The notes under the pieces are model-generated. The model did not search any database and was not told the origin of the DNA. It worked only from the letters and a program-made list of their open reading frames with translations. Below are positions 41,201-51,076 of a stretch of 64,000 bases of DNA, one piece after another. The stretch is from Nitrospirota bacterium (GTDB lineage Bacteria; Nitrospirota; UBA9217): NCBI GenBank assembly GCA_963790205.1, contig CAWBNQ010000011.1, forward strand, positions 96,001 to 160,000, in the 5' to 3' direction. Within the stretch, counting starts at the first letter, position 1; every line of letters starts with the position of its first letter. A program made the position numbers and the translations under genes.

Positions 41201-41686
41201 ATGATCAAGCGATGCGTGAAAGCCGACGTAGTCTTCCTTACAGCGCTCATGGCATTTTTGATGAGTGGTTGTCATGCCGGTACGGAGCAGGATAAGGTTA
41301 CAAAGGTCGTTCATAGGGTTCAACGAGCAGCAGAGGGCAAGGATATCAAACAGGTTCTTGCTCACGTATCTAAAATCTATAAGGACCCTCAGGGGAACGA
41401 TTATAACGACATTAAGGATCTGCTGATCTACTACTTTATCAGGCACGCGAAAGTGTCGGTCTTCATAACTAATCTTGAAGTCCACGTCGATGGCTCCTTG
41501 GCTACAGCGAGGTTCCAGTCGGTGCTGTCAGGCAGAAATAAGATGGATTCAGCCGACGACGTCCTTCCTGAAGCAACCGGCGCATATAACTTCGACGTGA
41601 CTCTGGCTCTGGAGTCGGGTGAGTGGCGGATCGTTTCAGCGAAATGGGACCGGACAGGAAAAGGGTCGTTCGATAAAATGCCGTAA
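41201..41686 (+). CDS. Lipoprotein with NTF2/SnoaL-like fold
   Basis: Lipobox LMSGC; ends GEWRIVSAKW. Confidence 0.65.
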   Translation: MIKRCVKADVVFLTALMAFLMSGCHAGTEQDKVTKVVHRVQRAAEGKDIKQVLAHVSKIYKDPQGNDYNDIKDLLIYYFIRHAKVSVFITNLEVHVDGSLATARFQSVLSGRNKMDSADDVLPEATGAYNFDVTLALESGEWRIVSAKWDRTGKGSFDKMP

Positions 41687-41769
41687 AACAAAATGCCCTG
41701 CGCGTTGTCCGGTCTCCTTCAACAATGCCTTGATATCCTCGTATCTTTATGAGATAATCATGTCTTGTT

Positions 41770-42924
41770 ATGGTCTTTTTCCCGGCAGCGATCAAGAGAT
41801 TTACACATGCGCTCACCATACCTCTGTGGGCGGGTCTGCTCGCGCTGCCCTTTGCCGGCCTCGGGAGCGCTTTCCGCGTTGTTGCGACAACTGGCGTCCT
41901 CATTGTTTTGTGGAAACTGATAACGCTTGACTCCATAACGGCGCTCCGAATATCGCTAAAGGGGAAAGTCTCCCGTCTGCGTGCCGTATCGTCATTTATC
42001 AGCTTCCATGCCGACTCTCCGGTAATCCTTTCGTGTCTTGTCCTCTTCCTTATCGTCTTCCCTCTTTTTACCAACGATTATTATCGGGATGTTATGACGA
42101 TCACGGGCATGTACATCGTCCTTGCCCTGGGCCTGAATCTCGTCGTGGGCCAGGCAGGCTTGCTGAACCTGGGCTACGTGGCCTTTTACGCGATCGGGGC
42201 CTACACCTATGCTATTCTCTCCACGCTCTACGGGCTCTCATTCTGGCCCGGCATGGCGCTCGGCCCTCTTGTTGCCGCCTGCTTTGCGGTGCTCCTCGGA
42301 TCGCCGATACTGAAATTGCGGGGCGATTACTTCGCGATCGTGACCCTGGGCCTGGGGGAAATCACCCGTATAGTCCTGAACAACTGGGACGCGATGACCG
42401 GTGGACCGAACGGGCTCGCGAAGATCAACAGGCCGGTGATCGCGGGATATACGCTTCATACGACCCTCGATTATTATTATCTTATTCTGGTGATTGTCAT
42501 TATAACCATATTTGCCATGCACAGGCTCATCTCATCGCGCATAGGCAGGGCGTGGATCGCGATCCGCGAGGACGAGGTCGCGGCCGAGGCAATGGGAATC
42601 AATACGTTCAGGCTGAAATTGCTTGCTTTCGTGCTCGGCTCGGCATGGGCGGGGTTGGCCGGCGTGTTCTTTGCCGCCAAAATGGCCTTTGTATCGCCCG
42701 AGAGCTTCACCTTTTTTGAATCGGTCCTGATCCTCTGCATGGTAGTGCTCGGCGGCATGGGCAGCATCCCCGGTATTATACTGGGGGCGGTGCTTCTGAT
42801 CGGACTTCCGGAAGTGTTTCGCGATTTTCAGGACTACCGGATGCTGGCTTTCGGCGCGGCGCTGGTCCTTATGATGATATTCAGGCCGCAGGGGCTGTTG
42901 GGGTCGGTGAAAAAATCAGTTTGA
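41770..42924 (+). CDS. livM: Branched-chain amino acid ABC permease
   Basis: GLNLVVGQAGLLNLG, LRGDYFAIVTLG, GRAWIAIREDE, VLGGMGS. Confidence 0.92.
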   Translation: MVFFPAAIKRFTHALTIPLWAGLLALPFAGLGSAFRVVATTGVLIVLWKLITLDSITALRISLKGKVSRLRAVSSFISFHADSPVILSCLVLFLIVFPLFTNDYYRDVMTITGMYIVLALGLNLVVGQAGLLNLGYVAFYAIGAYTYAILSTLYGLSFWPGMALGPLVAACFAVLLGSPILKLRGDYFAIVTLGLGEITRIVLNNWDAMTGGPNGLAKINRPVIAGYTLHTTLDYYYLILVIVIITIFAMHRLISSRIGRAWIAIREDEVAAEAMGINTFRLKLLAFVLGSAWAGLAGVFFAAKMAFVSPESFTFFESVLILCMVVLGGMGSIPGIILGAVLLIGLPEVFRDFQDYRMLAFGAALVLMMIFRPQGLLGSVKKSV

Positions 42925-42957
42925 ACCGTTCAAACGGTTTAAACGGCTTGAACGAAT

Positions 42958-43728
42958 ATGCTGTTATTAGAGACCAAAAACCTGACCAAACACTTCGGCG
43001 GACTCAAGGCGCTCGAGGGCATCGATATGCGTGTCGAACGAGAGAGGATCGTAAGCGTCATCGGCCCGAACGGGGCAGGGAAAACCACGTTCTTTAATTG
43101 CATTACGGGCATTTATCAGCCGACAGCCGGAAACGCGATATTCCACGACCGGGACGTCACGAACATGCCGCCGCACGCTATTACGGGAATGGGCATCGCG
43201 AGGACATTCCAGAACATCCGCCTCTTCGGCGGCATGACCTGCGTCGAGAACGTCATGGTGGCGGCGCACTGCCGCACCCAGGCAGGTGTGTTCGGCGCAA
43301 TCTTCCGACCGCGCAGGGTGATTAAGGAAGAGCGGGACATGGGCTTCCGGGCCATGGACATCCTGAAATTCGTCGGCCTTGAAAGCAGACACGGCGTTCT
43401 CGCGGCGAACCTCTCCTACGGCGACCAGCGACGGCTTGAGATCGCGCGGGCGCTTGGGACTGAACCGCATCTCTTGCTTCTTGATGAGCCTGCTGCGGGC
43501 ATGAATCCCCTGGAAACGCAGGAGTTGATGGCGTTGATCCGTAAAATACGCGATAACGGCGTGGCGATCCTTCTGATAGAACATGATATGAAAGTGGTCA
43601 TGGGCATATCGGACAGGGTGCTCGTGCTGGACCACGGCGTGAAGATTGCCGAAGGTTTACCGAAAGACATACAGGCCAACCCCCAGGTGGTAGAAGCCTA
43701 TCTCGGCAAGGAGAACGCCCATGCTTGA
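42958..43728 (+). CDS. livG: Branched-chain amino acid ABC ATPase
   Basis: FGGLKAL, GPNGAGKTT, RTFQNIRLF, LDEPAAG, EAYLG. Confidence 0.94.
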   Translation: MLLLETKNLTKHFGGLKALEGIDMRVERERIVSVIGPNGAGKTTFFNCITGIYQPTAGNAIFHDRDVTNMPPHAITGMGIARTFQNIRLFGGMTCVENVMVAAHCRTQAGVFGAIFRPRRVIKEERDMGFRAMDILKFVGLESRHGVLAANLSYGDQRRLEIARALGTEPHLLLLDEPAAGMNPLETQELMALIRKIRDNGVAILLIEHDMKVVMGISDRVLVLDHGVKIAEGLPKDIQANPQVVEAYLGKENAHA

Positions 43729-44422
43729 ACTCAGGGATGTGACCGTCTCCTATGGCATGATCGATGCGCTCAAGGGCATCAGCCTGAACGTGAAGCAGGG
43801 AGAGATTGTCGCCTTGATCGGTGCGAACGGGGCCGGCAAGTCGACGACTCTGATGTCTGTCTCGGGCGTTGCTCCCCTGCGTTCCGGCAAGATTATTTAT
43901 GAAGGCAGAGAGACATCCACCCTCCCGGCCCACGAGATCGTCCGGCTGGGAATATCGCAGGTCCCGGAAGGCAGACGCATATTCCCCCGGATGACCGTGC
44001 GGGAAAATCTGGAAATGGGGGCATTCCGCGAAAAGAAGCATGAGTTCGTCCGGCATATCGCTCAGGTATACGATATGTTTCCTGCGCTCGCGGAGCGGGA
44101 TAAACAGCTCGGCGGTACACTCTCGGGAGGTGAGCAGCAGATGCTCGCCATCGGCAGGGCTCTCATGTCAAAGCCGCGGCTTTTGCTCCTGGACGAGCCT
44201 TCTCTCGGCCTTGCCCCAATTATCGTGGGCCGGATCTTCAAGATCATCAAAGAGATCAATGACCAGGGGACGACCGTCCTTCTGGTGGAGCAGAACGCAA
44301 AAGCCGCCCTCCGTCTGGCTCACCGAGCCTATGTGATGGAGACCGGAAAGATCGTGATGCAGGGCGATGCCGCGGTGCTCGAAAAGGACCCGGGGATCAA
44401 AAAAGCGTATCTGGGAGAATGA
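43721..44422 (+). CDS. livF: Branched-chain amino acid ABC ATPase
   Basis: VPEGRRIF, LSGGEQQM, LDEPSLGLAP, VEQNA. Confidence 0.95.
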   Translation: MLELRDVTVSYGMIDALKGISLNVKQGEIVALIGANGAGKSTTLMSVSGVAPLRSGKIIYEGRETSTLPAHEIVRLGISQVPEGRRIFPRMTVRENLEMGAFREKKHEFVRHIAQVYDMFPALAERDKQLGGTLSGGEQQMLAIGRALMSKPRLLLLDEPSLGLAPIIVGRIFKIIKEINDQGTTVLLVEQNAKAALRLAHRAYVMETGKIVMQGDAAVLEKDPGIKKAYLGE

Positions 44423-44446
44423 TCAGAATGCTGACGAAGGAATCGC

Positions 44447-44536
44447 CCCTCACCCCGGCCCTCTTCCCGACAGGAGGAGGGAGAATAGGAGCAAAACCTC
44501 CTCTCCCCGTGGGGGAGGGGATTGAAGTGAGAGGGG
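44447..44536. repeat. REP-like palindrome CCCTCACCC...CTCTCCC...GGGAGGG...GTGAGAGGGG
   Basis: Nested inverted repeats between livF and truA. Confidence 0.7.
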
Positions 44537-44537
44537 C

Positions 44538-45281
44538 ATGAGAAACATAAAAATCATCCTCGAATACGACGGCACAAACTATCACGGCTGGCAGTCGCAG
44601 GCCGGGACCGAAAATCCGACAATACAGGACGCGCTTGAACATGCCCTCAAAACACTCACGAAGGCAGATTGCCAAACCTCTTCTTCGGGACGTACGGATG
44701 CGGGTGTGCATGCTTTCGGACACGTGGCCAACTTCAAGACCGGGAGCAGCATCCCGGCTGAGGCCTGGGCGCCTGCGCTCAATCATCTGCTGCCCGGCGA
44801 TATCAGGGTGTTGGTATCCGGAGAGGCGCCTGAAGACTTCCATGCGCGCTACAGTGCACTGAGCAAGGTCTACAAATACCGTATATTGAACAGGCGCGCA
44901 CCGACCGCGTTGTATCGTAACTATGCCTGGCACATCAATGCGCCCCTGAATCTTAAGAAGATGAGGCAGGCTGCCTCTTGTCTTCCGGGCAAGCACGATT
45001 TTTCAACCTTTCGCAGTTCGGGGTGCGGGGCCAAAACACCGGTGAGGACGCTTAAAAGAGTAGAGATAGACAAAAGAGGAGACTTCATCGAGATATGGTT
45101 TGAAGCCGATTCTTTTCTTCAGTACATGGTGAGAAATATAACGGGAACGCTTGTCGAAGTAGGCCTCGGCAGATTTAGCCCTGATGACGTGGAGCGGATG
45201 CTCAAGTCTTGCGACCGGACCTTGGCAGGCCGCACAGCCCCGCCGCAGGGTCTCTACCTGGTGAAAGTGTATTACCCATGA
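44538..45281 (+). CDS. truA: tRNA pseudouridine(38-40) synthase
   Basis: YDGTNYHGWQ, GRTDAGVHA, FHARYSA, FLQYMVR, APPQGLYL. Confidence 0.97.
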   Translation: MRNIKIILEYDGTNYHGWQSQAGTENPTIQDALEHALKTLTKADCQTSSSGRTDAGVHAFGHVANFKTGSSIPAEAWAPALNHLLPGDIRVLVSGEAPEDFHARYSALSKVYKYRILNRRAPTALYRNYAWHINAPLNLKKMRQAASCLPGKHDFSTFRSSGCGAKTPVRTLKRVEIDKRGDFIEIWFEADSFLQYMVRNITGTLVEVGLGRFSPDDVERMLKSCDRTLAGRTAPPQGLYLVKVYYP

Positions 45282-45388
45282 AGGCGAATATCAACCAGGT
45301 GTTTGCAAATGTGTAAGCTCCAAAAGGGCAATTCTCATTTTTGCAAAAATCCGGTGTTAGTTTATTTCATAAAATCAAAAGGTTCTGG

Positions 45389-45405
45389 TTGGCATAGGAA
45401 CTGCA
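45389..45405 (+). promoter_or_regulatory. Sigma54 -24/-12 promoter
   Basis: TTGGCATAGGAACTGCA (GG-N10-GC); IHF-like AATCAAAAGGTTC just upstream. Confidence 0.65.
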
Positions 45406-45484
45406 TATCTTAAATACTTAAGTTATAATAATTATTCTTGTTCCAGACGAGGCTCTCTTTATGTATTATAATAGGGCTTAGGCC

Positions 45485-45655
45485 ATGACGTATATCGGCG
45501 CCGAAGTCGGCCTCGTCATTTTCGCTTTTTTTTGGTTGCTGCCGAGCAGTTTCCTCCGGAGCAATTGGGCTCAACCTCGCAGGAAAAATGTCCGGCAGTC
45601 CTCTTGCACCCTTGCTCTTTCCCAAGATTATAGGAGCGTGTGGTGGGTTCTGATA
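45485..45655 (+). pseudogene. Degraded Gly-rich small membrane protein gene
   Basis: Across frameshifts: MTYIGAEVGLVIFAFFG-LLPSSFL-GAIGLNLAGKMSGSPLAPLLFPKII. Confidence 0.4.
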
Positions 45656-45979
45656 CCCCGCCTGCTGAAACTGCTCATCTTAATTCAAGGAAATAGTTTG
45701 ACGGAACGTGGAAAATCGATGAGAATATGCCGGTGATGATAGGTGCTCGGGCCACAGCGTTTGCTCTGTCCCCGGGTGGTCGAAGCGTAACCGGCATAAG
45801 TTTGATGTTCAGAAATAAAGATTTTCGAAATACCGCATAAATACTATTGATCGAAAGGAGAAGGCCGACGGTAACACGTGTAATCAGGCGTCACTGGTAT
45901 TATCGTACTATGCAGCAAGGAACATCTTAAATCAGCTCCTGATTTCAAATTTTTAGAATTGAAAGGAGAACGTAAAAGT

Positions 45980-46885
45980 ATGAGGAATCGGTGGAACGCG
46001 CTATCATTGCTGCTGTTGCTCGCCTTCGTGCTAGTCCCTGCTGCCGGTGCGGCACCCGACGCGGCGGCATGCCTCGGTTGTCACGGTTCAATGGAAGGGG
46101 CGGTGAATGTCAACCAGGAAAAATTTTCAAAGTCCGTCCATGGATCGTTTGATTGCGTCACGTGCCATATGACCCTGAAAGGAGCACAGCACGCCGGGCT
46201 CTCCGGCAAAGCCGACGCGGCGACCAGGGCACTGGCCTCCCAGATCTCCCCGAAGAGCAAAATCGATCCTATTGCGCAGGCGGCGTGCGCCCAATGCCAT
46301 GGTGATATTTACCAGGCCTATAAGGGGAGCGTTCATGGGAAGAATGTCATCGATAAAAAATCGACCGACGGTCCTGTCTGTACGAGCTGTCACGGTTCCC
46401 CGCACTATATTCAGCCGAAGGAGAGCAAGGAGTCGGCGGTAAACCACTTCAATGTCGTGCAGACCTGCGGCAAGTGCCATGAAGAAAAATTCATGTCCGA
46501 AAAATACGGCTTCAGCGAACAAGTCATGGAACGGTACAAGGAAAGTTTCCACGGCAGAAAGCTGAAGCTCGGTCACCCCAACGCGCCTTCTTGCGTTGAT
46601 TGTCACGGTTCCCATGATATCATAAGCGATAAGGACCCCGCTTCGCCGGTGGTAGGAGCGAATAAGATAAAGACCTGCAGCAAGTGCCACGCGGGAGCGA
46701 ATGCGAAGTTTGTGGCAGCCATTACCCATCAGCCCCCTCGCCCGATAGCGCATTTCACGGAAATCGCCCTGATCATCCTCACGGTGAGTGTGTTTCTGTT
46801 CATCTGCATCCATGTGCTTTTGGATATCTACGCGGACGTCCGCGACCGTTTGTTCAGGAAAGGAAAAGGAGGCAGCCATGAATAA
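45980..46885 (+). CDS. Seven-heme cytochrome c with C-terminal membrane anchor (CbcA-like)
   Basis: Signal peptide; CLGCH, CVTCH, CAQCH, CTSCH, CGKCH, CVDCH, CSKCH; terminal TM helix with His. Confidence 0.92.
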   Translation: MRNRWNALSLLLLLAFVLVPAAGAAPDAAACLGCHGSMEGAVNVNQEKFSKSVHGSFDCVTCHMTLKGAQHAGLSGKADAATRALASQISPKSKIDPIAQAACAQCHGDIYQAYKGSVHGKNVIDKKSTDGPVCTSCHGSPHYIQPKESKESAVNHFNVVQTCGKCHEEKFMSEKYGFSEQVMERYKESFHGRKLKLGHPNAPSCVDCHGSHDIISDKDPASPVVGANKIKTCSKCHAGANAKFVAAITHQPPRPIAHFTEIALIILTVSVFLFICIHVLLDIYADVRDRLFRKGKGGSHE

Positions 46886-47585
46886 TAAAAATATTCCCAC
46901 GGAGATAGAGAGGTTCGACCTTTCTGCGAGGATCCAGCACGTCATCATGTTCACGACGTTTTTGCTCCTGTCCTTCACCGGATGGGGACTCAAGTATGCG
47001 TATCAGGATCCGGCGAGCGCCTGGATACGGTTCTGGGGCGGCGCGAAGACGGCGGGGATCATACACCGGGCGGCGGGAATCACGATGCTCCTGGATTTCA
47101 TCTACCATCAGTTCTACCTCATCAACCAGGCACGCAAGGGAGGATTTAGGCTGAGCCTTGTTCCCATGCCCAAGGACGTCGTCGATGCGTTCCACAATTT
47201 CATGTACTTCTTCGGCTTCAGGAAGGAAAAACCGTACTTCGGAAAGTTCAACTACATGCAGAAGTTCGACTACTGGGCGGTATATTGGGGCATGTTCATC
47301 ATCGGAGCTTCCGGGTTCTTCCTGGCTTTTCCGGTGACGGTTTCATCGCTTTTTCCCATGTGGTCTATCCAATGGATCTGGGACGTCATCTTTGTCATGC
47401 ACAGCGATGAGGCGCTTCTTGCCATCGTATTCATTCTCATTTTCCATTTCTACAACGAACACCTGCGGTCAGAGGTGTTCCCGATGAACTGGATGTGGCT
47501 GACCGGGAAGATGTCTATTGAACAGCTCAAACATCATCATCCTGCCGAATACGATTATCTTTACGGAGACAAAAAGAAGAAGTAG
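46878..47585 (+). CDS. Di-heme cytochrome b, FdnI/CbcB-like
   Basis: RIQH, IIHR, KFNYMQKFDYWAVYWG, HSDEALLA, HFYNEH. Confidence 0.88.
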   Translation: MNNKNIPTEIERFDLSARIQHVIMFTTFLLLSFTGWGLKYAYQDPASAWIRFWGGAKTAGIIHRAAGITMLLDFIYHQFYLINQARKGGFRLSLVPMPKDVVDAFHNFMYFFGFRKEKPYFGKFNYMQKFDYWAVYWGMFIIGASGFFLAFPVTVSSLFPMWSIQWIWDVIFVMHSDEALLAIVFILIFHFYNEHLRSEVFPMNWMWLTGKMSIEQLKHHHPAEYDYLYGDKKKK

Positions 47586-47597
47586 CGTGACGATGAG

Positions 47598-47631
47598 AAA
47601 AAAACGGCGGCCGGTGAGGCCGCCGTTTTTT
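47598..47631. terminator. Bidirectional terminator between convergent operons
   Basis: A7-CGGCGGCC-loop-GGCCGCCG-T6. Confidence 0.88.
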
Positions 47632-47651
47632 ATTGAGGGAGAGGGGAACCG

Positions 47652-48314
47652 TCACGCCAGTTTCTCGAGGGTTCCTTGTTTCATCCTGAACCGCGTAACG
47701 GCCCGAAGGGCAATCTCGGAGCTGTGGGTCACCATGATCATCGTGACCTTCTTCTCGCGGTTGATCTTCTCGAAGAAGGCCATGATCTCGGCCTCCGTTT
47801 CCTCATCGAGGTCACCGGTGGGCTCGTCAGCCAGGATGATCTCGGGTTCGTGAATGAACGCACGGGCAATCGCCACCCGCTGCTGCTCGCCGCCGGAGAG
47901 CTCGGAAGGGTACCGGTCAGCCTTATCTCCGAGTCCGACGAGACGAAGCAGCCGGACCGCGTCGTCCCTCTTTTTTTTGCCGCCGAACACGGTCGGCAGG
48001 AGGACGTTCTCGGTCGCGGTGAGGGTAGGGATGAGGCTGGCGAACTGATATATAAAACCGATCTTCTCGTTCCTCAGTTTCGAGAGTCCTCTGTCGTCAT
48101 AGCTCCGGATGTCGGTCCCATCAAGGATGACCGTGCCCGTATCAGGCCTGGCGATGCCTCCGACAAGGCTCAAAAACGTGCTCTTGCCGGACCCCGAGTG
48201 CCCGACGATCGAGACGAACTTCCCCTGCTCGATGGAGAGATCGACAGGCTGAAGCGCCTGTATGGTTTTTCCGGAGACGGTGTAGCTCTTCGATAATCCT
48301 TTCAGCTCAATCAT
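47652..48314 (-). CDS. ABC ATPase (LolD/MacB-like)
   Basis: MIELKGL, GHSGSGKST, LSGGEQQRVAIARA, ADEPTGDLD, VTH. Confidence 0.92.
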   Translation of the reverse strand: MIELKGLSKSYTVSGKTIQALQPVDLSIEQGKFVSIVGHSGSGKSTFLSLVGGIARPDTGTVILDGTDIRSYDDRGLSKLRNEKIGFIYQFASLIPTLTATENVLLPTVFGGKKKRDDAVRLLRLVGLGDKADRYPSELSGGEQQRVAIARAFIHEPEIILADEPTGDLDEETEAEIMAFFEKINREKKVTMIMVTHSSEIALRAVTRFRMKQGTLEKLA

Positions 48315-48715
48315 GAATTTCCCTTCTTTCTGGTTGATATCACGGTCCCGACAGCGGCTCCGCACATAATGACCGCAGAAACAACGGCGACGAACCGGAT
48401 GCCCGGCACCATGCCGTAATTGCACGGCATCCGGCTGCTGCGGCAGTAGCCGAACTTGTCCGGGAGCAGGAACGCGACGATATATAAAACAATCGACACC
48501 GCCGCGCAGATGATATCGACCGGCCTCCATTTTAAAAAAGCCGTCGCGCTCCCGAGCACGATAAGCAGCGCGCCGACCACGTACTCCGCACGCGCCGTGT
48601 CCGAGCAGTGCATCGCGGGGAATCCCAGGTAGCCGCAGGCGGGAAGAATGAATCGCGGCACCAGAATGAAGAGGAGGCCGCTTACGACGGCGGTTATGAA
48701 GATCAGTTTTTTCAT
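48311..48715 (-). CDS. Cys-containing membrane protein (DUF4418-like)
   Basis: Four hydrophobic segments; PAC...MHC and GYC...MPC. Confidence 0.7.
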   Translation of the reverse strand: MKKLIFITAVVSGLLFILVPRFILPACGYLGFPAMHCSDTARAEYVVGALLIVLGSATAFLKWRPVDIICAAVSIVLYIVAFLLPDKFGYCRSSRMPCNYGMVPGIRFVAVVSAVIMCGAAVGTVISTRKKGNS

Positions 48716-49116
48716 TTGAGCGCTGTTGCAGTTCCGTCGAAATCCATTGCCGCGCCGTACTCCAAAGCCTTGCCTTTATCCGCAAAGGGTGCAATACCCC
48801 ACCCCATGGGAGTTTTGAATTTTTTTTCGGAATGCACGTAGTATGCTTTATGGGCGTCGATCCATTCGCCGGTGTTGTAGTCTTTGACTTCTACGCGAGT
48901 CGCGGACGGCTTTTTTCTTTTCAGATAGGAAAAGAGGTCCCCGATATCGCAGAAATAGAGCGTCTGATCGCCCTGGATGATCCGAGACGTGAATTTTGCG
49001 GCAACATCGCAGGTCATGCCGCATTCAGAGCAATTGACCGTCTCCGCAAACGCTGGTGACGCAATTACGGAAAACCATATCAGGACAACCAGGGCTTTTT
49101 TCGTTACTATGGGCAT
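48712..49116 (-). CDS. nosL: NosL-family metal (Cu) chaperone
   Basis: Signal peptide; CSECGM, YFCDIGD, WIDA, TPMG. Confidence 0.85.
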   Translation of the reverse strand: MPIVTKKALVVLIWFSVIASPAFAETVNCSECGMTCDVAAKFTSRIIQGDQTLYFCDIGDLFSYLKRKKPSATRVEVKDYNTGEWIDAHKAYYVHSEKKFKTPMGWGIAPFADKGKALEYGAAMDFDGTATALK

Positions 49117-49148
49117 AGTGCGCTTCCCTTGCAAATTACAAAAAATAT

Positions 49149-49748
49149 TTACTTCCCCTTTGCATCGATTTCCTTCTTGAGGGCCTGAGCGGTCCCTTCA
49201 TCGAATTTTTTGATTTCGTTGTACTGCTTCAGGGCTTCCGCGCGCCGCCCCTTGTTGAGCAATACGACGCCGAGGTTATAGCGGGCTGTTGCGTAATGCG
49301 GACGCAGGGAGATGGCTTTTTCGAGCGCGGCGATCTGTTCATTTGTTTTTCCCACCATGCCGTATGACGCCGCGAGGTTATTGTAAATCACCGGGTTCTT
49401 TGGGGAATATTTCCCCGCCTTCAGGAAAGGCTTTATCGCTTCCCGGTACTTGCCGAGCCTGTTATAGGCCGTGCCAAGTTGCTCATAGGCGTAGCCGATT
49501 TCTTTCGGTTTGAGGGCGATGACTTTCTTGAGGGCGTCGACCTCCTCCGGGTACATACCGGCCCGGTCGTAGAGATCCGCAAGGTGAAACCATGCGTCCG
49601 TGTCGCGGGGATTGCTTGCGACCCGTTCCCTGAGCACCTGGATATCGGATTTTTGCGGGGCGATCTGGACGGAAGGTCTTTCGTTATCCTTGGAGCAAGC
49701 GGTGAGCATCGTCAGGATTATCAACAGTATGGAAATCCTCCATCGCAT
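49149..49748 (-). CDS. TPR lipoprotein
   Basis: Lipobox LTAC; TPR repeats AWFHLA, YNNLA, ARYNLG. Confidence 0.85.
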   Translation of the reverse strand: MRWRISILLIILTMLTACSKDNERPSVQIAPQKSDIQVLRERVASNPRDTDAWFHLADLYDRAGMYPEEVDALKKVIALKPKEIGYAYEQLGTAYNRLGKYREAIKPFLKAGKYSPKNPVIYNNLAASYGMVGKTNEQIAALEKAISLRPHYATARYNLGVVLLNKGRRAEALKQYNEIKKFDEGTAQALKKEIDAKGK

Positions 49749-50944
49749 TATTCTTCTCTCCTTATGGCTTCATACGGTTCCATCTTTAAAATGGCAAGGG
49801 ACGGCAGGAGGGCGGAAAGCAGACCGGTGGCAAGGGAAAAAATTACCGCGCCGACGATCAGAACGGTCAGATCCGCGGGCGAAGGGAACAGATACGGGAG
49901 TTTTAAATAGTGCAACATAAGGTCTTTAAAGCTCATGAGCAATCCGAAACCGAGAACGACACCGGTTGCGCCGCCGCCTGCCGACAACAGCGATGCCTCA
50001 GACAGAAGGATTGCGGAAATATGGTTTTTATTCGCGCCCATCGCCCGGAGGAGGCCGATTTCACGACGCCGTTCGTTTACGATCATATAAAACGCGAAAG
50101 CCATGATTAAAAGAACGATAAACCAGAGGACGATGCTGATGATGATTATCGCGCGAATAAGACCGGAGAGCTGATTTCTCACCGTGCTGATGACCCTGTC
50201 GGACACCAGGGCCTTTACGCCGCTGATGGCATATTCGATCCTGACGGCTACCCGGTCCGGCGTAATATCGTCGTCCACCTGCACCAGGACCGTTGAGATT
50301 TTGTCCCTTCCGATCTCAATGGGTTGAAGAGCTTTCGTCTTCGATTCCTCGGCCATCTTATAGGCCGCATCGAGGCTCATGAAAACCGCACGATCGAAAA
50401 AGTCCATGCCGGTCGGTTCCATGGTCCCCGCGACCCTGAAATTGGTACCGAAAAAGGGGATCATGTCCCCGACGATGACGGGGACCGACCGGCCGGTGAT
50501 GATCTCGTTGATCCCCAGTTTTCGATTAAGGTTTTTTTCGAGCCAGGGCTTAACCGTAAAGTCGGTTTCCGGGTCGAAGGCCACCAGGAATACGTCTACA
50601 TTGAAGCAGCAGGAAAAACTCGTCGGTTTAATAAAGAGCTGGGGCGTGGCGGCCTTTACCCCCTCAACATGTCTAACACGATCGAGGACCGATCTGTCCA
50701 TCAGAAACTGGGTTGGCTCTCCCGAGAGGAGCGCAGACTTCGCCTTGGCTTCAGCGCTCGCGGGGACCACGAGAATATCGGCGCCGAGACGATAGGTCCC
50801 GATTTTAAGCGCATTATTTATGCTTTTCAGGAAGAGGGTCGCCGTAAACAATGTACACGACACGACGGCGACGATGGCAAATAAAAGCCATGTCCTTGTC
50901 AGCTTTCTCTTCAGGTTCTTAATTGCAACATAGGGAATGTTCAT
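49748..50944 (-). CDS. ABC permease (FtsX/MacB type) with periplasmic SCC motif
   Basis: RLGADILVVP, SFSCC, ERRREIGLLRAMGA, EPYEAIR. Confidence 0.88.
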   Translation of the reverse strand: MNIPYVAIKNLKRKLTRTWLLFAIVAVVSCTLFTATLFLKSINNALKIGTYRLGADILVVPASAEAKAKSALLSGEPTQFLMDRSVLDRVRHVEGVKAATPQLFIKPTSFSCCFNVDVFLVAFDPETDFTVKPWLEKNLNRKLGINEIITGRSVPVIVGDMIPFFGTNFRVAGTMEPTGMDFFDRAVFMSLDAAYKMAEESKTKALQPIEIGRDKISTVLVQVDDDITPDRVAVRIEYAISGVKALVSDRVISTVRNQLSGLIRAIIIISIVLWFIVLLIMAFAFYMIVNERRREIGLLRAMGANKNHISAILLSEASLLSAGGGATGVVLGFGLLMSFKDLMLHYLKLPYLFPSPADLTVLIVGAVIFSLATGLLSALLPSLAILKMEPYEAIRREE

Positions 50945-51033
50945 AATGGCAGTGATTTTTCCTTCGGAGCGGTAAAATTAGGAACGTAGGAACGAAATTA
51001 TTATACCACAAAGCAGGCGGGCAAGTAAAGAGT

Positions 51034-51059
51034 CCGGAGGGCGGGCTGCCGCCCTCCGG
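51034..51059 (-). terminator. Strong hairpin after the propeller gene (partial terminator or stabiliser)
   Basis: CCGGAGGGCGG-loop-CCGCCCTCCGG with weak U tract. Confidence 0.6.
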
Positions 51060-51076
51060 CGTAACTGAAGAAACGG

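Noticed and set aside
48315..48794. N-terminal extension of the 380-aa ABC ATPase ORF
   Set aside because: Overlaps the DUF4418-like and nosL genes; the real start is the ATG at 48314
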